Part shown: one piece after another, positions 12,745 to 25,555 of the stretch
Position numbering within the stretch: position 1 is the first letter of the stretch
How the letters are laid out: every line of letters begins with the position of its first letter
Made by a program: the position numbers and the translations under genes
The notes under the pieces: generated by a model
Seen by the model: the letters and a program-made list of their open reading frames with translations, nothing else
The model's database searches: none
What the model was told of the DNA's origin: nothing
Source: Podarcis bocagei
Lineage: Eukaryota
NCBI GenBank assembly: GCA_964188305.1
Contig: OZ076903.1
Strand: one strand, 5' to 3'
Length of the DNA stretch: 64,000 nucleotides

Positions 12745-15700
12745 TCATACAGCCGAACTGCAATCATGACCTAGAATATGGCTTATGTTGTGAGCGGGCC
12801 GGTTTGATGATTGCTTGGAAGAATCAGAAGCAGATGTGTTCGCTATAGAGAGCAGAGGCGAGATTGCAGAACCATCTGGAGGAAGAGCTGTAGCAATCTC
12901 TGGGAATAAAGAAGTCAAATTAAAATTGGACAAGTGAGATGAATTGGCCATATGCATTGGGGGCATGTCTGTCAAAAGGGGGAAACTTGGCTGGGCAAAG
13001 CCCACTGGCCTGGGAGGAGACAAGATGGAGCCAAAGCGATTGTTTAAACCTCCACCACTTGGCTTCTCTGTGCTTGGATTAGGAAACATCTGGTTCGAAA
13101 AATAAGGGATTGAAATGTCATTTGAAAGGGTGGGATGGGCAGGAGAATATGGCGGATAAAAAGATGGCAACGTATTCTGAGGATCTACTGGAATCAGGGC
13201 TGGCGTTCGAGTAGTACTAGACTGAGTCACTGGTGGGATGAACGGTGCGTTGGCATTTATGGGGGGATTCATTCCACCCTCTGGAATAAAAGGGAATCCA
13301 AAATTTTGAGACAGACTGTGCTGATCAGGAGCTGCACTGTCATTAGTCATTTGTGGTCCTTCAGGCATGAATCGCACAATACTGCCTCTTTTTTCTAGAG
13401 CAGGTTGTTGCCTTCCAAGGATCATACTACCACTGGCAGCCAAAGGAAGGTGGGGAAGACTAGGATCAAAGACATTTCCGTGTCTTTGATTTCCAGAACG
13501 ATTTCTTTCAGGCTGGCGAATTTTAGAACCACTGTTATCCTGGAGGGGATGTCTTGATCGCTGAGTAACTGAAGAATTTGGTTGACGAACTGATGGTGGG
13601 ACTTGCTCGGCGTTCCGAGAGACGGGCGGGTGGGTGAGAGGAGGTCGGACGACTCCATGCACATTGCTAGAAACTGGAGCATTCATGTGACCCTTGGTTC
13701 CATGACTCTCTGTCATTCTCATGGGGTTGGATTTCTGAACAGAAATATTGGGGCTTGTATTGCGACCCTGAATATCTCCAGAGGAACTTGAAAATGGAAT
13801 ATTTAATGTATTGTTCCTATTATTAATAGCACCAAGAGACATATCGCAACTTTCCCTGTTCTGACCATCACCTTCTCTTCGAATGTGAATACTGTCTCTT
13901 GCTGGGGGGCAATTATATTCAACAATAGAAGAAGTGGCACACTGTGGATTTCTCTGGTGCTCTGCAATTGGTCTTTGGCCTCCACCGACTTGCTCTCCAA
14001 GATGAGGGACAAGTAAACTCTGCATAAAACTTTGGTGGCATGTATTTTCATTGTCTCTTGGGGGAGGAAGAACATTTCCTGCTGAAATGCCCTGAACTGG
14101 CTGATAGGGCAACCTCTTCTGTCTGTCTAGGGGTGGCCCAGCATTCTGAGCTATTCGAAAAGCCTGCGTCTGCATCCCTCTGAGGGATGACATTGAGGTC
14201 CCTAGTTCACTGTTCCTTGAGGACTGCACATCAAACTGCTGGTTAGCGCCATTTGCCTTGAATGTCTGGCACTCAGAAAGTCTTTGAACATCTGCTCCAA
14301 CCGTGTGGTCCACTGACATGCGTCCTTGCATGTTATGGATTACCAATCCTTTATTCCTAGACACATCAAGGTAATTTCTCATTTCAAGATTATCTGAAGC
14401 CCTCAAGCTCTGAATGGATATTCCTAGTCTCTGCTCTGAATTAGAGGGCGTCTTTCCAATAAGTGCCTCTGCGGAGTAGCTGCTAACCCTGTTTCTTTCT
14501 TGTCTGTGGGGGACACAGGTCATGTCGGATGACCTGGTGACAATACTAGGCTGGGACACCATTTGCTGCTCCAAAGCCCTGGAGGTCATAAGTCTTTGCA
14601 TCTGGCCATGTCCTGGCACGTGTTCAGAAGAAACTCCAGAGCCTGTCTGTCTGTTGCCCACATCTGGGGCTTGCTGGTGCAGAATGTCCTGGTTCAGACG
14701 GCTCTGAGGATGGTTGTGGTGAGTTCTGTTTGCAGTGGGGTTCTCGCATGTCTTCTCAGGCTGAGAAGAGGTGTAGTGCTGCTGCATTTGCTGCATCTGT
14801 GGGTGGTGGGGGTGGGGCTGGCTGCTCTTTGACCGCGACTGGTCGCTTCCATGATGCTTCTGCTGCAAAGCAAGTGTGCTGGGCTGGGCTGCTTGGATGA
14901 GAGACCTTTTCTTCTGCATTTGTGCCTCCTGATGCATTACTCTTTGCTGGTGGACGCTGAGGGCTTGGGAATGGATAGGGCTTTCTGCATGAGAAATGTG
15001 GTGCTGGAGTTGATACAACTGATGTCTTTCTCTTAACTGTCCAGCCTGTTGTTGTTGCTGCTGCTGCTGCTGCTTTATATACGGATTGCTATGAAGGTGG
15101 GTCATTCCTTGAGTGGGAGCATGTGGAATAGGTTGCAGGTGCTGTCCTGTCTGATCCGGGACAGAAGGCTGAGAATTACACTGGATTTCAGCTTGCCTCA
15201 GAGCAGGTGGCACAAAATTGCTGCTTGGGAACAGCCGGCTAAGACTATCCGTGTGCCCTTGACTGCTCCCGGATACTGCCATATTGGAGGAGTTGGAGGA
15301 GATCTGGTTGACAAGGATGCGACTTTGATCTGAAATATCGTCAGCTGTTTGGTTCAGCAAAGCCATCCCTTCAAGCTGCATAGGTGCCGTCTGGCAGTGT
15401 TTCTGTCTCTTCGGCGTGGAAAGCAGGTGATCATCTGGAACAGAACGTTTGACAGAGTCTTTGCGGCTTTCCTGGCTTTGCTGCTTTAAGTGTGGCTCAT
15501 GCATCTGAGAAGCCTGCATGGTGCTGGTCCGAACAGCAGACAGTTGTTCTGAAGCATAATCTGTCATTAGCACTGGAGAATGTCCTGGAGACTGAGTCAT
15601 ATATGGATTAGTGGGCATGGATGGAGTCATAGTCACAGGAACAGCTGATTGTTCTGAAGTTGGGGGTAAACCTGAGCAGCTCACAATGGGGTGGATGATG

Positions 15701-18700
15701 CAGCTTTGATGGATGAGATTATTGACACTTAAGCTTGATGTGCTTGAAGACTGGGAGGCTGGAATTTGCAAGGTTACACTGGACACTTCCACTCCAACGG
15801 AACAGCTTTGTTTCTCGACTGACCGATCAACGTTTATTTTCACTGCATTCTGGGTGCTGAAATTTCCTGGCACTGTTTCTATCTGATCTGCCTCTTTAAT
15901 GGTGTGAGACTTAAGAGACTGGTCTCTTCTCAGAGATGCCTCTTCACCATCCTTGGAAACAGCAGCTCCCGACACGGCTGCTTTTGCATGGGCCTCTTGG
16001 TCAAAAATGGCTTTTGCTGCCAAAGCTACAATATCCGTTTGCTCTGAAAACGTACAGCTGTTGCATGTATTCACTGAAGTGTTGTTGGGAACATTTTCCC
16101 TGCATGTGTCTGGCAACATGGATGCAACTGAGAATCCACAACTGCTGCCTGAGCTAGTTGACATGGGAGAGTCTGCTTGTCTATTAGCAGTGACTGTTTC
16201 TTGTTCAGAGGTACAGGAATGAGACTGTGCAAGGTTTTCCTCTTCAGTGTTCACCAGCAAGAGCCCCTCCTGCTTCTCTGCCAAGTCATTCGAGTCTATA
16301 ATTGATTTAGTGTTTTGGGTGCGAAAATTAGGGTGTTCAACTTGGACCGAGAAGTTTTTTTCTACAGCTTCTCCCACTTTACTGAAATCAGAGAAAATCT
16401 TGGTCAGGCCTTGCTCTTCTAACAAATCACTGGCCTGCATGACTATGGAACAATTTTGTTCCATTGTGCAGATTTCAGACACCTCTGTTCTGGGAACACC
16501 GTCTGCACTCGCCCCACTGTTTGCCACAGATGTCCCAGAAATATGAGAAGCTGTCACCTGAGAGTCAGAAGATGTTAAAGGGCTGGTGGGGATGCATTTA
16601 GATGATTCTGATAACTTAGAATTTGTTGCTGAATTAGTTTGAGGAGGCAGAGATGCACACTCTCTGGAGACGGGAGCAACCACTTCAAACTGTTCTGAGG
16701 AGGCCGATTCGAGTGGCAACGATCTCGGCACTATAGCTGCATTCAGGTCAGAGGCCAAGGTACTTTCCATGTCTTGCTCAGCTCTCAGTCTCTCTTTGGG
16801 ATGGGAATTGGAAGCATCATTTTGGGCAACATCGTTAGGTGCTCCCCTATTTGCTTGTGATATGGCTAAGCTTTGCAACACCACATTATCAGGCATGTTT
16901 CCAAGCAAGATGTCACTTCCTGAATGCTCAGGGGTAGCCTCCACATCCCCACTATCTAGTTTCTTCAAATCTTTGCAAGAATTCACTCGACATGCAAGAT
17001 TGCTGCTGGCCACCAAGCATTTTTTAGTACTTTTATTAGACCATTTTGAAGCCAGACCAAATGAGGTTTTGGGGGGAGAAGCACCCACTGAGCACGAAAC
17101 ACTGGTTAACATTACATTCTCAGCAGCAGAAGAGGATGCTGCTGTAGCTGCCAGCAGAACATGGGTACTTGGTGTGGTTTGGCTGCTGACCGTTGATGGA
17201 TTTGTAGGCTGACTGGTAGACACCTGCAGACAATTCTGTCCAGCCATCTGCGATATGCTTTGATTGAGGCTAGCTAAAGCACCAAATGTATTGAGGGCGA
17301 CGTTTGTATTTGGATCTTCACTGGTGGTAGGCTGAATAACTTGCATAGGGGTTTGATCCGAACCTCCAGAACAGGACTTCACAGGCTTCAATGCAAACAG
17401 CTGCCCATTTAAAGAAATAGTCTGCGGAAGATGTTGGTTCGCCATTGCAACTGAAAACGTTTGTGTCGAGCCAGAAGATGGTGCAGAAGATGGCCTTGGC
17501 AAAATATGGACAAGATGCTTCCCACCAAACATATGAGGGCCAGAGGCATTTTGCATAGGGTTACTAGCACTTGCTGAGGGAGCGGCTCCATTTATAGGCA
17601 TTCTGATAGGAGGAGGAGGAGGAGGAGGAGGAGGAGGAGCAGAGAAAAGGGAGAGAGGATTTGGGTTAGCAGTCTGTATAATTACAATCTGCTGGCTAAC
17701 AGTTTGGTTGGGGACTTCAGTTCTCAACACTGGTGGACCTGCACTGGCATTTGAAGGCTGTAAAATGACTACATTTTGTTTCGCAGGTGGTGCAGTGGCA
17801 GATGGACCTACTGGCTGCGGCACCTGAATCAGCTGCATCGGTGGATTCAATGGAAGGAGGCCATTTGCAGGTTGTGCGAGAACCTGCGTCTTAGTGACTA
17901 GCGGCTGCATAGGTAAGGATGGGTAAGATGGCAAAGTAACCATGATTTGCTCAGCTGTTTGTTCACCAGCAGGTAGAGGATTGTTTAAACTGGGAGCACT
18001 TGCCAAAATCCTGTTAGGAGTAGATGCTGCAATGCTAGCATTGTTAACTGGCTGATTTAAGAGGGCTGCGTTTATGCTGGACAGAGTACGGTTTAGAGGC
18101 TGAACAGTATTCCCTGCTAGTTGCAAAGTAGTCCAAGTAGTCTGGGTGTTTCCAGCAGAAGTCATTCGCGTCAGGCTACCCATGGTTTTGGAATTTGAAG
18201 TGCCAGCAGCTGAAGAACTGGGAAAAGGCCACTTATCTACAGAAGCAGCAGGCAAAGTGTTAATTTCTGTTACAGCCTTCTGGATTTCTACAGCAGATGC
18301 TGCTGGTCCTACGCTGCTTTTGAAGATGTTTCCTGCAGACAGCTTTCCATCCATGGAGAGCATTACAGATGGAGTACAAGTGGTATCAGCTGCAGAAACC
18401 ACACAGCTTTCTAGGGATCCATTTCTTGGATCCTCTTTAGGGGTCATGTCTGCCAGCTGAGCCAGAGATCTGTCTAAACTAGCACTGACAGGAAGGCTGT
18501 TGCTAGGCAAACCCGCTTTCTCAATTAACTTGAAAGTCTCTGGTTTATTTTTAGATTTGGAGATGTCATCTTCATCTTGTGGAGAACTCTGCATTTCAGG
18601 CTGTAGCCTCACTAGCTGCAAGGGATTCAGGGAGCTGTCAGCACTAGAACTAGCAGGTAGGCCTTGCTCATTCTCAGAGGTAGAGTGCTCAATAATTTTC

Positions 18701-19184
18701 TTGGCTGGATTTGATGGGCCTGATACCAGTGGAGAAACTGAAGTCTGAAGCCCTGATTTGATTTCCGTGGAATAGATACTAGAAATGGTCACAGGAGTGA
18801 CTAGGTTGCAAGTCCTCTGGACAGGAACAACATTAGCAGTCTGCTTCTGTAAATTATGACTGATATTAAAGGTTATTCCTTGGACCGATGCCCCCTGGTT
18901 GCTTCCACCAAGCTGACTGCCATTGGAATATACAATGATGTTCTTTTGCAGCTGGTCGCTGGGGATCACAACAGACACTTTTGCATTTTTCAGGTTCCCT
19001 TTCTTCTTTTGCTCCTGATCATTGGGGATAACAACAGAAACTTTTGCGTGCTTGAGGTTCCGTTTCCAGTGGACAGTGGGGTCATCATAAAGGCAAATGT
19101 CGTTGGCTTTCAATAATGCAATGTAGCGCCCATTTTCTTTCTGAAGTTCATCCAACTGCTTCCGGAGCTTTTTTATTTCTTCAG
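12745..19184 (-). CDS. USF3: Upstream stimulatory factor 3 (bHLH-ZIP, KIAA2018), giant last coding exon
   Basis: ctgcag acceptor at 19185-19186; 6440 nt open to TGA at 12745; AEEIKKLRKQL...HNISHILGHDCSSAV matches USF3. Full join 23626-23583,21532-21504,21333-21251,20535-20439,19184-12745 = 6693 nt, 2230 aa. Confidence 0.98.
15046..15072 (-). repeat. Coding (CAG)5(CAA)3CAG, the USF3 Q9 tract
   Basis: YIK-Q9-AGQLRERH. Confidence 0.95.
17608..17637 (-). repeat. Coding (CCT)10 microsatellite encoding P10 in USF3
   Basis: Pure (agg)10 on the plus strand, in frame. Confidence 0.95.
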
Positions 19185-19328
19185 CTGCAGAGAAATAAAA
19201 AAATAATAAATCCGAATGACCAAAGGTTCTGCAAAAGTCTAGTACGGCTGATTTGTTTTAGGAGCAAGTGAAAATAGAATTAAAGAAAACCATTTCATCA
19301 CCTCAACATAGGTTTCTGCTGTAATATG

Positions 19329-19504
19329 CAGAGCTTTTTTTCCTTTAAAAATGTTTAGAGGTACTCTCATTTTGACTCAAGAAAACCACCATTTTATGGT
19401 TCAAATCGGGAACAATAAAGACAAATAAATGGACAAAAGGACAAAGATTCACAAAATGTTTAGGGGTATGCGTACCCCTGCATCCCCCCAGAAAAAAAGC
19501 ACTG
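19329..19504. mobile_element. hAT-type MITE (176 bp)
   Basis: CAG(T/A)GCTTTTTTT TIRs and a perfect 8-bp TSD GTAATATG (19321-19328, 19505-19512). Confidence 0.88.
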
Positions 19505-20438
19505 GTAATATGTACTCAAACTCAGATTACATCCTTAGAGACTTAGAATTAAAAGGAGAGAACACAGGTTGCATGCAACACATCCCAGGCATCTCTAGCT
19601 ACAATATTTATAGGTAACAGGAAAGAAAACCCACTGCAAATTGGAGCCAATCATTTCTGGGCAGATGGTTCAACTGTCCTGAATTGGCAGAGAGCAGTAT
19701 GTTAACTGTATTTCACAAACTCATCATCTGAAGAAAACTACAGCCTTATAAATACTCTCAGCAAGGAAACATTTCTATTGCTTTCATTCTATTATTTCTT
19801 TATTGTTCCAGTTCACACTGCATTTTTCCAAAGAGGATAATTGGTCGTATGAAAATTAGGGGATTATAGAATGAACAGACATCATCTAATGTAAATCCTA
19901 ATAAACAACTACTACTGGGACTTGGATTTCATCCATGTTGCAGAATATTCAGAAATACCCTATTCTTTCTGTTTAGTTTGGATGAAGAAAACAGCTCCAA
20001 TTATAGCTGAGAGGCAACTTCACTTAGAAAAACTTACAGTTCTTCTATAACTTAATTTACAAGTGTGGCAACATTTTTTAGAATTAACTTTACTGTTGCT
20101 TTTTTCAATCATGTTCAACTTCTTCATATAAAATTTGTATTGTGAAAGAGAATTTGCATACCGGCACACCAAGATTATGTTGTTAGCAAGGTATAAAATT
20201 AGCAAATCTGCTTTTTAATAAAAGATTGGGACTACTTTTATTAGGATAAGGAAGATTACAATCCGAAACACAAATATTAAGCAAACAGCATTCAATCTGC
20301 AGGATAGCGAATCTATCATTTGATAACAGTTCCGGAGGAAAGGTGGAGTAGCAGTTAGACAAAGAATGTTTAGTTTGAAATGTATGTACAATAAAAACAG
20401 AGGTATTCTAGCGAGAGTATTCTAGCCAGTCCATTCAC

Positions 20439-20535
20439 CTTGCTCATTGTTTCCTCCATTCAGCAGGAGCTCGTCGTTTTGCCTTTTCATTTCTGTTATA
20501 TATTGATATGCCTGGTCAAGGATCATGTTCTTACT
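20439..20535 (-). CDS. USF3: USF3 exon, bHLH helix 2 (SKNMILDQAYQYITEMKRQNDELLLNGGNNEQ)
   Basis: ttgcag acceptor, gtgaat donor, 97 nt, phases consistent. Confidence 0.96.
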
Positions 20536-20605
20536 CTGCAAGGGAACATGTGGATAATTAGGAAAAACATTCAGAGACTCAGTCTGAAATACAAACAGGC
20601 CTACT

Positions 20606-20606
<1 letters not shown>

Positions 20607-20658
<52 letters not shown>
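20607..20658. repeat. (ATT)n microsatellite
   Basis: About 17 perfect units. Confidence 0.95.
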
Positions 20659-20660
<2 letters not shown>

Positions 20661-21250
20661 ATTTGTATACCACAGCAGTTCGGGCACTAGCAACTTCAGT
20701 ATTGGATTACTGCAATGCAGGGTTGCTGAACAGAAGTGAGACCCTGTCAGTATCTAACACCTATGTTCAATGGTTGGCAATATGTTTATGGGCCAAGTTT
20801 TAGGTGTTACTATTAGTATATAAAGACATTAACAGTTTGAAACTAGTTTACTTGCTGGAGCATGCCTCCTACATGTGCCCACTTGACTGGAACTAGCACT
20901 GCAGGTGCCACATAATACTCATTACACACTTGTAAGAAATTGATGTTTTTGTGTGGCAGCACCCACACTTTGGAAATCCCTTCCTATTGACATCGCCCAA
21001 GCACCTTCGCTGTACTCTTTTCGGTGACTGCTTAAATCATTTTTGTTTAGCAAGCCTATCCACACATGTAGATGTTGACATCTTTTCATCTCTTTACTGA
21101 TCATTCTAATAATCTTTAAATGTTTAAATTGTTTTAACTGTTTTCATTGATAATTTAAATATTTCATACTTAGAGGTTTTATTACAGCCAAGCGGTATAT
21201 AAATTCTGTGAAATAAATAAATATTCAGCCGCCATGAAAAGCAAACTAAC

Positions 21251-21333
21251 TTGTTTCAGCGCTGGGGAGCATGGAATTAGTTCACCAATTCGGTTTATTC
21301 CAGCATTGATTTTCTTCTTTCGATGCCTCTCCA
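21251..21333 (-). CDS. USF3: USF3 exon, basic region and helix 1 (VERHRKKKINAGINRIGELIPCSPALKQ)
   Basis: tgctag acceptor, gttagt donor, 83 nt. Confidence 0.96.
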
Positions 21334-21503
21334 CTAGCAAAAACAGAACACATAAGGTGTATAACAATACATTGATAGCATATCCAGAAACAATAAGACT
21401 TCTCTTTTGATTGCGAAGGCATATATTTGCATGCTTGGTGGAAGGAAGACCCCGAAGAGGAATGCTTGCTCCATTCTGACAACAGCTGCACTGAAGCTCT
21501 TAC

Positions 21504-21532
21504 CTGCATTGTGAGTTTCACGGTTCTTCTTT
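21504..21532 (-). CDS. USF3: USF3 micro-exon (RKKNRETHNA)
   Basis: taacag acceptor, gtaag donor, 29 nt; supplies the His of the E-box-binding basic region. Confidence 0.93.
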
Positions 21533-22394
21533 CTGTTAAAAAAAGGGTAACATGTAAATGGCTAAATTACAATATTTGCTATCTAGGAAGTTTTCTTTAA
21601 TCAATCTATTTTCTTTAATCTGCCAGCAAATGCACAAAAGGGAGAAGAGAAATAACCACATTTGTTGTAAGGATCCCCAAGATATATATCTGGCTTGCAT
21701 TTTTTCTGTAAATATAAATTATATATATGCCACATTTTGGGACACAGCCTAGCCAAGGCAGTTGGCAATATCATAAAAAGAACAATAAATATAAAACAAC
21801 CTAACAAAAGCAGCACATTAACAAAGGCCATTTGAAACAGTTACAAAGATTAATAAAACAGGGCTACATTTTGTAGATACCTCTGTAGAAAAAGCCTTTA
21901 GGAAAAGGCAGAAAGAAAAAGGTGAGTCTGTAGAGCCCATTTAAAAATCCACAGCATAGAGGCCATGCTAATCTCTATGATGAAAAAAGTTTCAGAATCT
22001 GGGAGCCACCCCAGAAAAGGTCCTACCACTTTGGCTTGCCAATTGCCTGCCAAAGGCATAGTACTACTTAATGATGTGTGTACTGTGTTATATAAGGAAC
22101 AGTCATCCTTTACTTCAAAGCAACTCTTGCCCTGTTGGTGCTGTATTTTTCATACTGATGGAAATTATCATAATTTTATGTATTCTTACTATCCTTAGCA
22201 TGTTTTTGCACTAAGTTTCCTTATTTTGTAGGTTTGACTGCACACTTGTATGCCAATCATGGGACTAGAAACTTGACCAAAGAGAACAAATTAAGTTATA
22301 ACCACTTCTCATCATGTGCAGGCTATGCAGAGCTGGGTAAAGACAACAAAATACCTTCTCTACCTTACTGAGACCCACCTTTATACGGAAGTCC

Positions 22395-22563
22395 AACCGT
22401 TCTTAAACAAAGGCACGCTTTCCCTAATGAGGCCTCCCGCCGCTGATGCCCTTCCACTGTTCGGCTTCCGTTCTTAGACCGAGGTAAAGTTCGCAAACCG
22501 GAACACTACTTCCGGTTTTGCAGAGTTCGTAAACAGGACTATTCTTAAACTGAGGTACCACTG
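22395..22563. mobile_element. Truncated Tigger-like MITE
   Basis: Ends in GAGGTACCACTG-TA; the other TIR is missing. Confidence 0.6.
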
Positions 22564-23040
22564 TACTTATTACTGACTAAGAAACTCAGCAATAAGAACA
22601 GTGGCGCAGCTGAGCTTCCAATTCTCTGCAGGCGCATTAGTGAACATGAGAAGTAACATAACCTATCTGGAGAGGTCTTATATAAGAAACTTGGCAGATG
22701 CAAGGATATAAAATGTGGGTTAAAAACACTAAAGCACATTCAACTCTAGGGCTTAGAAAGTACTGTTCAGATGAATAGTACCAGTGTACACCAGTGGTGA
22801 TATGGCACATAAGTATGGACCTGTCCCCACATTGCTGGCAGAGATCTTTTCTTTATCTTGTTATAAGGGAAGTTCAGCAAAGGGTTAGAACAGGAGTTTA
22901 TTATTGATTGGCCATATTTCATGTTGCATGTAAATAATGCACAAGTGTACTGGTTTGTTTCTTTGATTGTTCATTTAACACACTAAAAAACATTTATTAA
23001 AAAAATTTTAAATGTCAGATGTGACATGCAAAGGACCATA

Positions 23041-23252
23041 CAGTGGTACCTCGGGTTAAGAACTTAATTCATTCTGGAGGTCCGTTCTTAACCTGAAACT
23101 GTTCTTAACCTGAAGCACCACTTTAGCTAATGGGGCCTCCTGCTGCCGCGCGATTTCTGCTCTCACCCTGAAGCAAAGTTCTTAACCAGAGATACTGTTT
23201 CTGGTTTAGTGGAGTCTGTAACCTGAAGCATCTGTAACCCGAGGTACCACTG
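23041..23252. mobile_element. Tigger-like MITE, family A
   Basis: TA TSD, CAGTGGTACCTCGGGTT TIRs. Confidence 0.88.
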
Positions 23253-23582
23253 TAACACTGAACATCATCATCTTCGGAGAGTCTTTGACTTCACCTAATA
23301 GCAACACTTGTAAAAGCTTAAGTTGTTATGCTCCCGTTGCCACCACCTGCTAGAAAACTATTTTACATTAGACTGACCTACACTTAATCTGATGCAAAGG
23401 CTGCCCAGGTCATTATCTGTAGTGGCTTTTTACAAACAGCTGACACATAATAAGAGAGACTAACAAGCATGATCTTATACACACTTATTTGTGAGTCAGG
23501 TTCACTGAACTCAACAGAGCTTGCTTCCAAATAGACAGGCGAAGAATTGCATTGTAATTCTATTTGTGAACAGGACACTTAC

Positions 23583-23626
23583 CGGTGTTGTTTCTTAAGA
23601 GGAGCCTTCTCTGTCATCTCTGGCAT
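23583..23626 (-). CDS. USF3: USF3 first coding exon (MPEMTEKAPLKKQH-R); exon spans 23644-23583
   Basis: ATG at 23626, ttctag acceptor at 23645-23646, gtaagt donor; matches the USF3 N-terminus MPEMTE...KKQHR. Confidence 0.93.
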
Positions 23627-23894
23627 AGTTTGAGAGATGAGGATCTAGAAGAACAGAACCGAAAGTAACGAGTCTAGAAGCACCAATCATTATTGTTCCA
23701 TCTGAAAACCCTGACTCTCAAGTATTTTTTTCTTCACAGTTAAACTTCCACTGGCTTCTTTTAGATCAGCATAACCTAATAAATTGCACCACAAAGGACA
23801 TTAGCTAGCCTGCTAGGCCTCATTTGTAGCCTAAAAGAAGATGCAACCATGCAAAGCTTCTCTACAGGTGACTAGGTAGATTATTTATACTCAC

Positions 23895-23977
23895 CACTGG
23901 TGAGTGGCTGTTTACAAGACTGCAATAGTACTCCAGCTTCTACTGTGTTGATGTTTCTCAAACCATACTTCACAATC
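23895..23977 (-). other. USF3: Probable non-coding 5' UTR exon of USF3
   Basis: ctcacttag acceptor and G|gtgagt donor bracket 83 nt, 250 nt upstream of the ATG exon. Confidence 0.6.
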
Positions 23978-24327
23978 CTAAGTGAGACAGATAGAATTTA
24001 TTGGAATTCTAAGGACCTCTGCTTACATTTAAAGGTTACAGTCATTGGAATAATTAAATACATTCTTTTAAATGAAACTTGAGTAATAGGAGGGGGAGAG
24101 AAACCAAGTTCTGTTTAGTTTACTGTAGTTAAACAGATTTTTTTACCCCACCTTTCAGCATATCTGCCCTCCCAAGACACATTACAATATACTGATACAA
24201 TGATCTGGTTTGCGTACCACTAATAACCATTAGTATGGCTTAACTTTGGTTCAACATTCTCTCTCTTTGTAAAGCGGAACTCCACAAATCTTTATGAACT
24301 TCCAAACTCAACTTTTCTTGGGTTTGA

Positions 24328-24965
24328 GTTGGCTACTGTTACTCATGTGCTGGTAACCTCACGTTTGGATTACTGTAATGTGCTCTGTGTGAGGCTGCCT
24401 TACAACTAGTCCAGAGACTGCAGTTGGTACAGAATGCCACAGCCCAGGTGGTTAATTGTGCTTCTTACTGGGCATGTACTGGGCAGCACTAAAGGCTCTG
24501 CTATGGTTCTATAGGTCAATGAACCAGTTTTAACATCTTGTTACCTACATATATAGCCCTAAACAACACTGGACATGGTTACCTGAAAACTCAGTTTCAC
24601 CTCCACTGCTCAGTAAGACCATTAAGATCAACAAACAGAACCTGATTAGTTTTATCATTCATGCCCTAAGGATGTGGTGTCAGGCTTTTTCACTCATGGC
24701 ACCAGTGTTGTGGAATGTACTGGCATCCCGTTGCCTTCTGAAGATGCTCCTGGCATTCCCTTGATCTCTTCACCCAAGTCTCCTGCTTTAATTCTTCTGC
24801 TGTTTCAATGAATATTTTAATCACTGAAGTTTGCATTTTAACATCCCAATTGGATTGTTTTCCAGTGGACTTCAATTATGGCATACCATTATGTATTTTT
24901 ACAGTTTTGTTTTTTGTTTTGTAAACTACTTAGAAACCAACTGGGCATTAGGTGGTATATTCATT
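24328..24965 (+). mobile_element. Degenerate L2/CR1-clade LINE 3' fragment
   Basis: Translates as LATVTHVLVTSRLDYCNVL...LQLVQNA, the L2 ORF2 C-terminal signature; decays into an AT-rich tail. Confidence 0.75.
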
Positions 24966-25102
24966 ATTAATAATAATTTCAGAGATTAAGGCACAGGGCC
25001 AAGCTAAACATGGCCAGACAGCCACATTCGTTGTTCATGTGCCAGCTCCATTCATGTATAAGGCCTGGAAGGGTGATCATGGTTTTTACATCAAGAGAGA
25101 TA

Positions 25103-25372
25103 CCATACTGGCCCGAATATAAGCCGCCCTCCGAATATAAGCTGCACCTTTAAATGTAAATGGGGAAAAAGAAAAAACAATAATACCCGGGCTGCTTCCT
25201 GGGGGGGGTGTCCCCACACCACTTTGCCAGCGGCCTCCCCCTTTCCCCCGCTTGGGAGCGGCGGAGAGGCAGCGCTTTGCTGGCGGTGTAAGGTAATGAA
25301 TGTAAGCCGCACTTTAACTTTTCATGGTCAGAATTTGAGGGGAAAGTGCGGCTTATATTCAGGCCAATATGG
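25103..25372. mobile_element. Tc1/mariner (Tc2-like) MITE
   Basis: TA TSD; 25-bp TIRs CCATA(C/T)TGGCC(C/T)GAATATAAGCCGC. Confidence 0.8.
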
Positions 25373-25445
25373 TACCCGGTTCTCTTTCTCTTTTACTTGC
25401 ACCTGTTACTTCAAATCAGACCCCCCACCCTAGTATCCTACTAGT

Positions 25446-25555
25446 AAGGTAAAAAGGTAAAGGACGGTTAAGTCCAGTCAAAGGCGACTATGGGGTTGTG
25501 TTGCTCATCTTGCTTTCAGGCCAAGGGAGCCGGCGTTTGTCCACAGACAGTTTCC
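25446..25555 (-). mobile_element. Sauria-type SINE 3' fragment
   Basis: Reverse complement of the 3' part of the element at 62398-62783, with (ACCTTT)n tail. Confidence 0.75.

Noticed and set aside
13135-19116. Many plus-strand ORFs of 60-147 aa over USF3
   Set aside because: Antisense shadows of a long coding exon; no independent splice or homology signal.
19153-19155. Start of the 2136-aa ORF in the track
   Set aside because: It is a TTG (Leu) inside the last exon; the real start is the ATG at 23626, joined through four introns.
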